Shown: in pieces, positions 57,301 through 64,000 of the stretch
How the letters are laid out: every line of letters begins with the position of its first letter
How positions within the stretch are numbered: the stretch's first letter is position 1
Assembly: GCA_951812285.1 (NCBI GenBank)
Contig: OX638292.1
Location: 1,183,699-1,247,698, forward strand
Reading direction: 5' to 3'
Source: an uncultured Dehalococcoidia bacterium
Lineage (GTDB): Bacteria > Chloroflexota > Dehalococcoidia > Lucifugimonadales > UBA1127
Length of the DNA: 64,000 nucleotides
Notes under the pieces: generated by a model
Told to the model about the DNA's origin: nothing
Databases searched by the model: none
What the model saw: only the letters and a program-made list of their open reading frames with translations
Position numbers and translations under genes: made by a program

Positions 57301-57939
57301 CCGCCCGTGCCAGGTGAGATTTCCTTCCGTGACGATGATGTGGAGCAGGATGTTGAGTACACCTACCGCATTCGCGCCATCAACAATGATGGTACGGGAA
57401 AGTGGTCAATAGAGATTATCGCCAAGCTCGGCGTGCCCCCTCCCCCGCCAACTATCACAACTGGCGGCGGTGGCGGCGGTGGCGGCGGCTTCGGCCCCGC
57501 TCCCGTCGCCCCCAAGTTCGGAGACGGGTTCCGGACCACGCGCAGCCTGGCGCAAAACGCGCGGCCCGGCGGCGCCGTCGGCGACCCCGTGCTCGCCACG
57601 CACCCGGACGGCTTCGACATAACGTACTCCCTGAGCGGGACGGACGCCGCCCTGTTCACCGTCGACGAGGACACGGGCCAGATCCGCGTGAAGGAGGGAA
57701 CAACCCTTGAGCTTGGCCGCACCTACACCGTCAACCTTACGGCCACCGACTCTGCCGGCTTCGGCGCCATCATCATCGTCGCGATCACGGTCGAGGAGGC
57801 GGCCCACCACGCATACGACGAGAACCGCAACGGCACAATCGAACGCGAAGAGGTCATTTCCGCCGTCAAGGACTACTTCGATGGGGAGATATCCAAGGAA
57901 GACGTCATAGAGCTCATCAAGCTGTACTTCTCCACCTAG
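48379..57939 (+). CDS. Giant multidomain kexin-like S8 protease: FN3, PPC-like domains, degenerate S8+P domain, intact S8+P domain, FN3, 4 Calx-beta, DUF11-like, cadherin-like and C-terminal EF-hand/dockerin-like module
   Basis: Signal ending VSA-Q. S8-2 has VDTG/SHGT/AAGNG/GGTSAASP; S8-1 has VDDG/DRGT/YSGSG/GGSGAS. Both have LTWRDV, GFG.VDA and a P-domain (ELVSPS, GE...G.WTL.I.D). Start uncertain. Confidence 0.85.
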   Translation: MVPPERTSVAADTEMPLSAMPNARSRQRAAPRMSTIVDRMGLLLVPALVLMLLLSLTADPVSAQSGTPSAPTLDAVSTGDGVLNAEWTAPSNTGSSAITAYDIRFIESSASDKADEHWTVVEDVWVLSGELEATVRGVDNGVQYDVQVRAVNSRGNGAWSSTVTGTPADHGGNRNSATEIALQTPTPGLISSSSDTDYFRFTLSEPTGVFIYTTSYYSGFLPTTGDLRNSGGAVIKSDDGDSGMRQHGDQLFIWDSLSAGTYYVSVEAPQSGAYTLHTQLVPDGTSVDDAVDLTLGGVTGGILDTASGDEDFFRLHLTQQADVVIRIERANEGLDPIATLTDDGGNVIAVHDDSYLEGDRGKHFIINRSLDAGVYYLKVNAAPESTYEVCRGFVPRLRLRSFVDCIDTETKDAATTGGPYLIGVHETPRSGSSNSSARPLPVDGAVITAGHISTRGESDYYSITVDEPTRVAVQVVSDEVDTTGTYYYLGNREAPAYLKPTDYVPGGFGFILYANLEAGTHQVRVRAGRSTETGGYTVRVVEDTEYADFFDNCSSITTPYDDPLYGCQWYLNNTGQNSGVAAGIAGEDINVEDVWAGGNLGEGIIIAMVDDGLEFEHEDLWENVDVSLNRDYSHGRGQFEDHYDRGTQLAGLAAGRDNAIGMRGVAPRATIVNYNALRYGFTYDIASAMVSNLEDVAVSNNSWGHIGGPGFNYSSSVWERAIERGLLEGFDDKGTFYTIYSGSGANDGDYSNLSGYANHYGVTAVCAVNDLGQRSSYSERGSNVWVCAPSSDDDEGRQGLTSTLPYNRYASNIGGSGASTALVSGVAALVRKANPDLTWRDVRLVLAGSARQNHTADSDWSTGPLKYGSTTENYKFNHSYGFGVVDAKAAVDLAATWTNLPRFKSLTAVSGELNLRIEDMGTVSQELTVGPGVDFIEYIDVTVDLFHPSFRDLKIELVSPSNAVSALSETYDGPDKYSIDEDFRFGTAKHLGEDAAGTWTLRISDGVADHLGTLDSWSLQIYGHGSSVRTTSIHTVIPGSESLEVGWKGIDDPDIGAFDVRYIQSDATDKADANWTVVDDAWTGAGPLEYEVTGLTNGTTYDLQARGVGVTEHGEWSDVVTGAPAAAADAVPAVIAALGEEHALGVVWSAPSNPGATTTAYDVRYIRSDASSKADADWSLVDDALTDLDGNLAYTIAGLMNNVMYDVQVRAVSSSGDGAWSPTAKGLPREVGNDLRTASPLAFALPFQAAMDFSNDIDVYRIDLAEETEVYLYSEGPTDTVAELLDADGNSLRFNDDSGAFLNFSIQETLQPGVYFLEVTGWSGSTGNYQLWMLMPEEEQDIGDALTLELGSSIDANISVDDADYYKLVLTGETEVLLYSSGDTDTYAELLNADEMSLVTDDDGFLPIGVRNFTIRRTLAAGTYFLKVTGHFNAVGDYTVHAKAVTAPGSTPADALSLTLNSPEGGNIDPAGDADYYTFTLAAADYVRISAVPDSNASNPPDVKGEILDASLNSLEAYFIDSYYLEAFAIYDYLPAGTYYLKVTGDTDAVTESYIVMVSDDTYVRELTEMCADIFPEVSDPFFGCQWYLRSEGQLPALADSDINIGDVWDDYKGDGITVAIVDTGLDYRHGDLRGDRVDESKNHSYVEGRDVDEFSPSHGTGVAGIIAGRENDIGMRGVAPESTIYAYNLLQHFSEMNEADAMSRDSATTAVYNNSWGVPDFAAGPGAASSLIKLAIEDGVINGYGGKGAFYAWAAGNGHNLGDYSTLEEYSNLFGVTAVCAVNSYGKRSTYSEMGSNLWVCGSSNGGGRGILTTTHRNSFTQFFGGTSAASPMVAGVAALVRDANNALTWRDVKLILAATAQKIDPDNLGWETGALKYGSTSDRYDFNHEFGFGLVDAEAAVEAAENWTLLPKFRRVTVASSAVERAIPDRPLQGSPTFTEFTLTVGPYVDFIEHVQIDAHIAHESFRELQIELVSPSGAVSVLSPYYPPDGPRFFGFPEARWDAPFEFSSTKHLGEDGAGEWTLRIADHYTGRSGTLRSWSITLYGHGDSPEIPAIDSVTPGVRSATIAWTAPEDPNNAITSYDLRYADGGNTDLAEDDWTVVESIWTSGTLSYTLTGLAADVEHWVQIRAVASAGPGPWSEEEKVFVNLAAPTAVTVDEIRTGDRSLGIFWQPPSEALGGEITAYDIRYILTSEDETVDGNWSVRSNAWQTGLLQYDLMSLTNDSEYDVQVRAVNSAGRGAWSVTSTGTPVDQVNVSLSWEVSSATYAESEGRVVLKAVMVTTEDGALPSSFSVDVDVSASGAAVDPEDYILGTQTLTFSAGDFTAVTVGSDDRWRAETDVVVTIRDDGVIESNESFTLTLSYDTLVQSHLRGNNDALTVTITDDDHVPVTLSWVQSLVSVDEGSGRVRLTAVAETTANTAPKAGFAFQALMSAVQGSATKGDDYPVAFGMVVFPGTAFTRTTIDGLSRYRASVQIEVPITDDTLDEPDETLTLVLSHANPSLRYAVGGADSVDVVIRDDDYGPVSLSWEQTSFTVDEDDSSVTLTAHLTTETSLMPETSMTVNVRVSTSGVSAAAGSDFSELNNTARFRVGDFTQQTVNGQLRYRASKDFTVNLINDTDDEPDEEFRVTLSFTNPSLPHLVGGSKDAFVTIIDNDHVPVTLGWEETAFTAEEPTSPSDTTPVTLTAQAVTTVDKRPESGFTFDYTVNTQNGSARQPDDYEQLSTSGTFSRGDFTRTQVDGHFRYIASTSFTVRVQHDTVNEPNESFTVRLAYDGSSQPHLLLGDTTATITLTDDIASLTDLSASVSGGPGNVERGDQITYDWTVSNNGPSASTSTRLTGSLDAGTSFVSATPSGQCSGSGNRVTCNLGTLEVNDSANGTVVVEVKDAASGDLDFAASFSSDQLDRTPSDNTNSVHTELVAPPDDITTLNAAPTTEYIDISWSPPKDNGSEVTGYELERKTADGAFVPMFPPPVPGEISFRDDDVEQDVEYTYRIRAINNDGTGKWSIEIIAKLGVPPPPPTITTGGGGGGGGGFGPAPVAPKFGDGFRTTRSLAQNARPGGAVGDPVLATHPDGFDITYSLSGTDAALFTVDEDTGQIRVKEGTTLELGRTYTVNLTATDSAGFGAIIIVAITVEEAAHHAYDENRNGTIEREEVISAVKDYFDGEISKEDVIELIKLYFST

Positions 57940-58101
57940 CTGTGGACTCTGTGCAGTGCTCCGCCGGTCCCCTCCCATGTGCTCAGGGCAAACGTGTCTC
58001 CCAACTAAGGTTCTGCTACCATGGCTCCCGCTTACACCTGCCTACCTGGCACTCGATGCCCGGATTCGAGCTGAGGACAACAGTCGCAGAAGGAGTCCAC
58101 C

Positions 58102-58959
58102 ATGCTTACAGACCTGGTCTCCGTCACCACGCAGGATGGCATAACCCTCACAGGCGCGTATTTCGCGCCGGCAGACGTGGAGCGAGCTTCCTCGGTTGAC
58201 GCCGTGCTGTTCTTCCACGGCGATACCGGCCACTTCTACGGCAGCTTGTACCTCGATCTGGGTCAGCGATTCGCCGAGCGGGGAATCGCCTTCCTGGCGG
58301 CCAACCGCCGGGGCCACGACCACGTCGCGAACGGAGTCCGCGGCGGCCCCCTCGCCGGCTACGCGTACGAGTCCGTTGACGACTCGCGCATCGACTTCGC
58401 GGCGTGGCTGGGGCTGCTGCGTGAGCGTGGTCACAGCCGCATCGCCATCGGCGGGCACAGCGGCGGGGCCGTGCGCGCCACCTACGCGCAGGCAACCGAG
58501 CAGTTCGACAACGTCGTCGCGGTCATTCCGGTGTCGCCGGGCGAGTACAACCACGAGGGCGTCGTCGCACTGCACGGCGAGGCCTTCGCGGGGCCGTACC
58601 GCGAGTCTGAGCGCAACATCGCCGAGGGCTGGCCAGACGGGTTGATCCACCCGGGGGTTCCGTGGGGTTCATCCTGGAGCGCGCGGGCCTTCGTTGACTG
58701 TTTCAATGAGGACAACCGCTACAGCGTGAGCATGCACGCGGAGAACACCGGCTGCCCAACGCTCTACATCTTCGGCGCGGAGGAGTGCAGAGTCGGCGGG
58801 CCGCAGGAGCTCCCAGTATGCGGCGCGGCGATGCGGCGCCTCGTGGCGGCCGAATCCCCGCACGTCAAGGTCAAGGTTGTCGACGGCGCAGCCCACGGCT
58901 ACGCGGACCGCGAGGCGGAGCTGTTCGACGAGATGATCTCCTGGCTGAGCGAGCTATAG
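58102..58959 (+). CDS. Alpha/beta-fold hydrolase
   Basis: LFFHG, NRRGHD, nucleophile elbow GHSGG, C-terminal GAAHGY. AAGGAG RBS. Confidence 0.85.
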   Translation: MLTDLVSVTTQDGITLTGAYFAPADVERASSVDAVLFFHGDTGHFYGSLYLDLGQRFAERGIAFLAANRRGHDHVANGVRGGPLAGYAYESVDDSRIDFAAWLGLLRERGHSRIAIGGHSGGAVRATYAQATEQFDNVVAVIPVSPGEYNHEGVVALHGEAFAGPYRESERNIAEGWPDGLIHPGVPWGSSWSARAFVDCFNEDNRYSVSMHAENTGCPTLYIFGAEECRVGGPQELPVCGAAMRRLVAAESPHVKVKVVDGAAHGYADREAELFDEMISWLSEL

Positions 58960-59068
58960 GCGCAGTTGCCTTCGGTCATTGGGCGTCGTTGACACACAAA
59001 TGACGCGATGTCCATACTAGATACGTTCCACTACGGCGCTCAGCCCTCGTGGAACGCCCGTCCCGCTC

Positions 59069-59159
59069 GGAGAGGTGCTGGAGTGGACGAACAGGCGCGC
59101 CTGGAAAGCGCGTAGGGCTCGCAAGGTCCTCGCGGGTTCGAATCCCGCCCTCTCCGCCA
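59069..59159 (+). tRNA. tRNA-Ser(GGA)
   Basis: Acceptor ggagagg/cctctcc-gcca, anticodon arm cgcgc-ctGGAaa-gcgcg, long variable arm, T loop gttcgaatc. Confidence 0.95.
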
Positions 59160-59297
59160 CCATCCTCTTCCCGCAAATCACCCGTCAATTTCGTGACCTC
59201 CCCCTTACACGCCAAGCCGTTCACTATGACACAATTGCGGCATCATTCGAGGATTTATGCCTCGCCCTGCCTCGCCGAGCGTTGTATAGTGGAATTC

Positions 59298-60386
59298 ATG
59301 GATGACCTAAAATACTGGGTGGCCTTCTCCCGCATCCCGTCCATCGGCACCGTGCGGATGCGGTTGCTGGAGGCCGCGTTCCCGAGCATCCGCGACGCGT
59401 GGGAGGCCCCGGCCTCCGCGCTCAAGGCCGCCGGACTCACCGCGAGCGTGCTGCAGCAGGTGACCTCGCGCCGCTCCGCCATCGACCCCGACGCCGAGAT
59501 GGTGCAGCTCGAGCGCGCGGGCGTTCGCGCCGTCAAAATCTATGACCCGCCGCCCGTGCTCTTCTTCAAGGGCGGCTTCACCCGCGAAGACGTGAGCGGC
59601 GTGGCCGTGGTGGGCACACGACGGGCATCGGCGTACGGGCGCGAGGCCTGCGCGTCGCTCGTGCGCGACCTCGCGGTGGCGGGCGTCACGATCATCAGCG
59701 GCCTCGCGCGGGGCATCGATGCGATCGCACACACGACGGCTCTCGAGTCCGGCGGGCGCACAATCGCCGTCATGGGCACGGGCGTCGACGTCATCTACCC
59801 CGCTGACCACAAGCAGCTCGCGGCACGCGTCGCCGAGCACGGTGCGCTGGTGTCCGAGTACCCGCTCGGCGTACGGCCCGACTCGCGCAACTTCCCGCGC
59901 CGCAACCGGTTGTTGAGCGGGCCTGTCGCTGGGCGTGCTCGTCGTCGAGGCGCCGATGGACAGCGGCGTCATGCACACGGTGCGGTTCGCGCTGGACCAG
60001 GGCCGCGACGTCTTTGCGGTGCCCGGCAGCATCTTCTCGCCCACCAGCCCTCGGCACGAACCGCCTGGTGCAGGACGGCGCCAAGCTGGTCACCGACGCC
60101 GCCGACATCCTAGAGGAGCTGAACGTGATGCGGCTGGAACAGCAGCCCGTGCTGCCAGGCTTCATGCCCATGCCGGTGCCCGTGGGCATAGAGGCGGAGG
60201 TGCTGCAGCACATCGGCGTGGAGCCCATCCAACATCGACGAGGTGCGGCGGCAGTCGGCCCTGCCCGTCGCCAACGTCAGCAGCACGCTTTCCCTGCTGG
60301 AAATCAAGGGTCTGGTCAAGCAGGTGGGCGCAATGCGTTATATTAGAGTGATGGAACCGGCCGCCCGGTACGGAGCGGCCCGCTAG
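59298..60386 (+). pseudogene. dprA: DNA-processing protein DprA, interrupted by several frameshifts (probably sequencing errors)
   Basis: VAVVGTR.AS.YG, ISGLARGID..AH, SEYP, NFPRRNR in one frame; LVVEA..SG...T...ALDQGRDVFAVPG in a second; GTNRL..DGAK in a third; LLEIKGLV.Q..AMRY then stop at 60386. Confidence 0.8.
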
Positions 60387-60393
60387 AGGGAAC

Positions 60394-62772
60394 ATGGCAA
60401 AAGACCTGGTAATCGTTCGAGTCGCCGACCAAGGCGCGGACCATTGAGCGCATCCTGGGCAAGGCCCCACCCCGCCACCCCCCCGACCCCCAGCCTCCCC
60501 CCCCGTCATGGCGTCGCTGGGCCACGTGCGCGACTTGCCGCTCCGAGGCCTCGGCGTCGACGTGGAGCAGAACTTCGAGCCCAGCTACGTGATCGAGCCC
60601 GACGGGGGCGGACGGCGCGGGGAGCGCAGCGGCCGCAACCGTCAGAGCAAGGCCGAGCTGGTCGAGGAGATCGCCGCCGCGGCCGCCAAGGCGCCGACGG
60701 TGTACCTGGCGACCGACCCCGACCGCGAGGGCGAGGCTATCTCCTGGCACCTCCTCGAAGCCCTGCGCGAACGCAAGGTGGTGCCGAAGAAGACACAGCG
60801 CGTCGTCTTCCACGAAATCACCGAGTCCGCGGTGAACGAGGCCTTCAGCCACCCGCGCGACATCGACATGGATCTCGTGGACGCACAGCAAGCCCGTCGT
60901 GTGCTCGACCGGCTTGTCGGCTACAAGCTCAGCCCCCTCGTCGGCAAGCACCTGATGTATCGAGGGCTCACTGCCGGGCGCGTGCAGTCCGCCGCGCTAC
61001 GCATCGTCGTCGATCGCGAGCTCGAGATCGAGGCGTTCGTGCCCGTCGAGAGCTGGACCATCGAGGCCGCGCTCCGCAAGTCCGACGCCAAGGCCGCCGC
61101 CGAGTTCGCCGCCAGGCTGCACTCCCGGCAGGGCGACCGCAAGGCGCTCACCATCTCCGACGAGGCGACGGCTACGTCCGTCCTCGCCGACCTGAAGGGC
61201 GCGGCGTTCAAGGTGGCCGAGGTGCGGACGCGGCCGGTCAAGCAGCGGCCCTCGGCCCCGTTCATCACCAGCACGCTGCAGCAGGAGGCATGGCGCAAGC
61301 TGCGCTTCGCAGCGCGCAAGGCAATGTCTGTCGCGCAGTCGCTCTATGAGGGCGTCAACCTCGGCAGCGAGGGCGCCGTCGGCCTCATCACCTACATGCG
61401 CACCGACTCCACGAACCTCGCGGCCTCGGCCCTCGCCGAGACGCGCGACTACATCAAGCGGGAGTACGGCGAGCGCTACGTGCCCTCGAAGCCGCGCGCC
61501 TACGCGAGCAAGGTGAAGGGTGCGCAGGAGGCGCACGAGGCCATCCGCCCGACGTCCGCCATGCGCACGCCGGAGTCGCTCAAGCGCCACCTCTCCGCCG
61601 ACCAGTTCCAGATGTACGACCTCATCTGGAAGCGCACCGTCGCCTGCCAGATGGCGGACGCCGAGGTCGAGCGCACGACAGCCGACATCGACGCCGCGGC
61701 CGAGTCCAAGCCCGCCTACGTCTTCCGCGCGACGGGCTCGGTGCTCACCTTCCCCGGCTTCCAAGCCCTCTACCTCGAGGGCCGCGACGAGGCGTCGGAG
61801 GACGACGACTCAAAGATGCTGCCGCCCCTCACGGCGGGCGATGCGCTCGCCTGTCGTTCGCTAAAGCCGGCCCAGCACTTCACAGAGCCGCCGCCTCGCT
61901 TCTCGGAGGCGACGCTGGTGCGCGCGCTCGAGGAGCGCGGCATCGGGCGGCCGAGCACCTACGCCACCATCGTCTCCACCATCCAGGAGCGCAACTACGT
62001 GAAGCGCGACCAGGGCCGCCTCGTCCCGACGCCCATCGGCCGACGGGTCAACGATTTCCTGAACGAGCACTTCAACCAGGTCGTCAATCTCGACTTCACC
62101 GCCAAGCTGGAGGAGGAGCTGGACGAGGTCGCCCAGGGCTCCCGCGACTGGCGGGCGCTGCTCGGCGAGTTCTACGGGCCGTTCTCCACCAGCCTCGAGG
62201 CCACGGCGGGCGCCGCGCCGCGCTCGGGCATCGCCGCGGGCGAGGACTGCGACCTGTGCGGCAAGCCCATGATCCTGAAGAAGAACCGCTGGGGCCGCAC
62301 CTTCATGTCGTGCAGCGGCTTCCCAGAGTGCCGCAACGCCAAGCCCATCCCGTCCGAGGGCGCGGCCCCCGAACCCGCGGAGCCTGAGATCACCGACGAG
62401 CTCTGCGAGAAGTGCGGCAGACCAATGGCCCTCAAGAAGAACCGGTGGGGGTCCAGCTTCCTTTCCTGCACCGGCTTCCCGCGGTGCAAGAACGCCAAGC
62501 CCATCCTGGTCAAGACGGGCGCCGCATGCCCCAAGTGCGGCGGCGACCTGATTGAGCGCCAGGCCAGGCGGGGCTCGCGCCGCTCCACCTTCTACGGCTG
62601 CGCCAACTACCCCTCGTGCAACTTCACGGTCAACCAGCAGCCCCTGACCGAGCCGTGCCCGGAGTGCGAGGGCCTCATGGTGCGGCGCGGCAAGCAGGGC
62701 ACGAAGTGCACCAACTGCGCCTACCAGGGCAAGTTCGAACAGGAACCGGAGGCCGCGACAGCGGAGGCCTAG
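60394..62772 (+). CDS. topA: DNA topoisomerase I with C-terminal Zn ribbons (5' ~115 nt garbled/frameshifted)
   Basis: MAKDLVIV / ESPTKARTI split by an extra base; GHVRDL, ATDPDREGE, GRVQS, ITYMRTDS, QEAHEAIRP, GIGRPSTY, C..CG..M...F..C.GFP.C repeats. Confidence 0.92.
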
Positions 62773-62773
62773 C

Positions 62774-63838
62774 ATGCAGCAAGGGCACACCCGACAACAC
62801 CCCGCCCGTTCAGCGCACGCTGGTGCGACCGTCGTGGAGCGCGAGCGGCCCGAGTTCCCCGGCGACCCGGGCAGCGGCCACTGGGCGCGGCCCATCGCCG
62901 AGCGGCTGCGCATCCACCTGCAGGCGCAGCGTGGGCTGACGCCATACACCGTTCGCAACTACCTGACGGACCTGCTCCCCTTCTGGCAGTTCCTCGACGA
63001 CCGCGGCATCACGGACCTCTCGACGCTCGACCGGCCGATGCTGCGCACCTACCTGCACTGGCTGCTGACCGACGCCCGCCCGATGAACGGCGGCCGCCAC
63101 GAGCCCCCTGCGACCCGACGCGGCGCCCTCGGCTACGTGCCCAAGAGCGTGACGCGCAAGCTGAGCGCGCTGCGCACGCTCTTCGCGTGGCTGAAGCGGC
63201 AGGGCGACGTCCCCAACGACCCGACGGCCCTCCTCTCCACCGCGCGCACGCAGCGCCGCCTGCCGACGTTCCTCGACGTCGAGGAGGCCGCCACGCTCGT
63301 GGAGGAGCCCGAGCCCGACACGCCCGCCGGCCTGCGCGACCGCGCGGTGCTCGAGGTGCTCTACGGCGCGGGCCTCCGCGTCAGCGAGCTCACCGGCCTC
63401 GACGTCTCCGATGTCTACCTTGATCAGCGGCAGGCAAAGGTGCTGGGCAAGGGATCGAAGGAGCGCATGGTGATGCTTGGCGGCAAGGCGGCCAACGCCG
63501 TCGACTCGTACCTGCGGCACGGCCGGCCCCAACTTCGGGCGGCACGGGACGGCGGCGCGCTTTTCCTCAACAAGAGCGGCGGCCGGCTGACGGCGCGCAG
63601 CGTGCAGAATCTCGTGCGCAACTACGCCGTCCGCTCCGGCCTGGAGACCAAGGTGCACCCGCACACGCTGCGCCACTCCTTCGCCACGCACCTGCTCGAC
63701 GGCGGCGCCGACCTGCGCGTCGTGCAGGAGTTGCTCGGCCACTCGAGCCCCACGACGACCGAGATTTACACCCACGTCACGCAGGCGGCCGCGCGCCGCA
63801 CCTACGTGTCGGCCCACCCGCGGGCGCGGCGGGGTTAG
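62774..63838 (+). CDS. xerC: Tyrosine recombinase XerC/XerD
   Basis: RKLSALRT, LRDRA.LE.LY..GLRVSEL, GKGSKER, HPHTLRHSFATHLL.GGADLR.VQELLGH...TT.IYTH. dprA-topA-xer synteny. Confidence 0.88.
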   Translation: MQQGHTRQHPARSAHAGATVVERERPEFPGDPGSGHWARPIAERLRIHLQAQRGLTPYTVRNYLTDLLPFWQFLDDRGITDLSTLDRPMLRTYLHWLLTDARPMNGGRHEPPATRRGALGYVPKSVTRKLSALRTLFAWLKRQGDVPNDPTALLSTARTQRRLPTFLDVEEAATLVEEPEPDTPAGLRDRAVLEVLYGAGLRVSELTGLDVSDVYLDQRQAKVLGKGSKERMVMLGGKAANAVDSYLRHGRPQLRAARDGGALFLNKSGGRLTARSVQNLVRNYAVRSGLETKVHPHTLRHSFATHLLDGGADLRVVQELLGHSSPTTTEIYTHVTQAAARRTYVSAHPRARRG

Positions 63839-63855
63839 CCGGCGGGCCGCAATGG

Positions 63856-64000
63856 TTGACGGCCTGCGCTTGCGCTGCCGTAGAATGTCCGCAGAGTGAC
63901 AAGTCGAAAAGACGCCGGGGCCCACACCCCGTCGTTCACCACCTCCAGAACTGGAGAACGATACGTCCGTGACACTACTCTCCACCGGCGAGATTTCGCT
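63856..64000 (+). promoter_or_regulatory. Promoter/leader and possible start (GTG 63969) of the next gene, by synteny perhaps rpsB
   Basis: TTGACG(63856-61)-19-TAGAAT(63881-86), GGAG upstream of GTG. Gene identity rests only on common gene order. Confidence 0.3.

Noticed and set aside
59900-60430. Programmed frameshifting in dprA/topA
   Set aside because: Multiple scattered indels without slippery sites, next to garbled sequence; sequencing error is more parsimonious.
62774-63838. Tyrosine recombinase as the integrase of the tRNA-bounded block
   Set aside because: Canonical XerC/D motifs in the conserved dprA-topA-xer context, outside the block.

Overview
GC-rich bacterial chromosome segment, most consistent with Chloroflexota/Dehalococcoidia (SAR202-like, possibly a marine-invertebrate symbiont). 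This is inferred from gene content and order, not from a marker gene. From 1 to 36 kb it is a housekeeping and catabolic backbone: acetate-CoA ligase, Rieske oxygenase, M1 aminopeptidase, K+-dependent membrane pyrophosphatase, oadG/oadB, lutABC, gmk, tyrA, thiL-tsaE-tsaB-ndk, rsfS and glmU. Small HEPN, antitoxin and coiled-coil genes are scattered through it, along with an unusual DHDPS-like/MfnB/TusA-like triple fusion. Two tRNA-Ser genes (36.2 and 59.1 kb) bracket a ~22.7 kb block with three giant secreted repeat proteins: one with RCC1-like repeats, one with 19 FN3-like repeats, and one tandem dead+live kexin-like S8 protease. All three end in the same ~155-aa Gly-linker/cadherin/EF-hand-like C-terminal module. 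A lipoprotein coupled to the protease looks like a stand-alone propeptide/chaperone. The window ends with dprA-topA-xerC, where indels at 59.5-60.5 kb are probably sequencing errors. No CRISPR array, rRNA, integrase or transposase was seen. All calls come from reading motifs; no database search was run.
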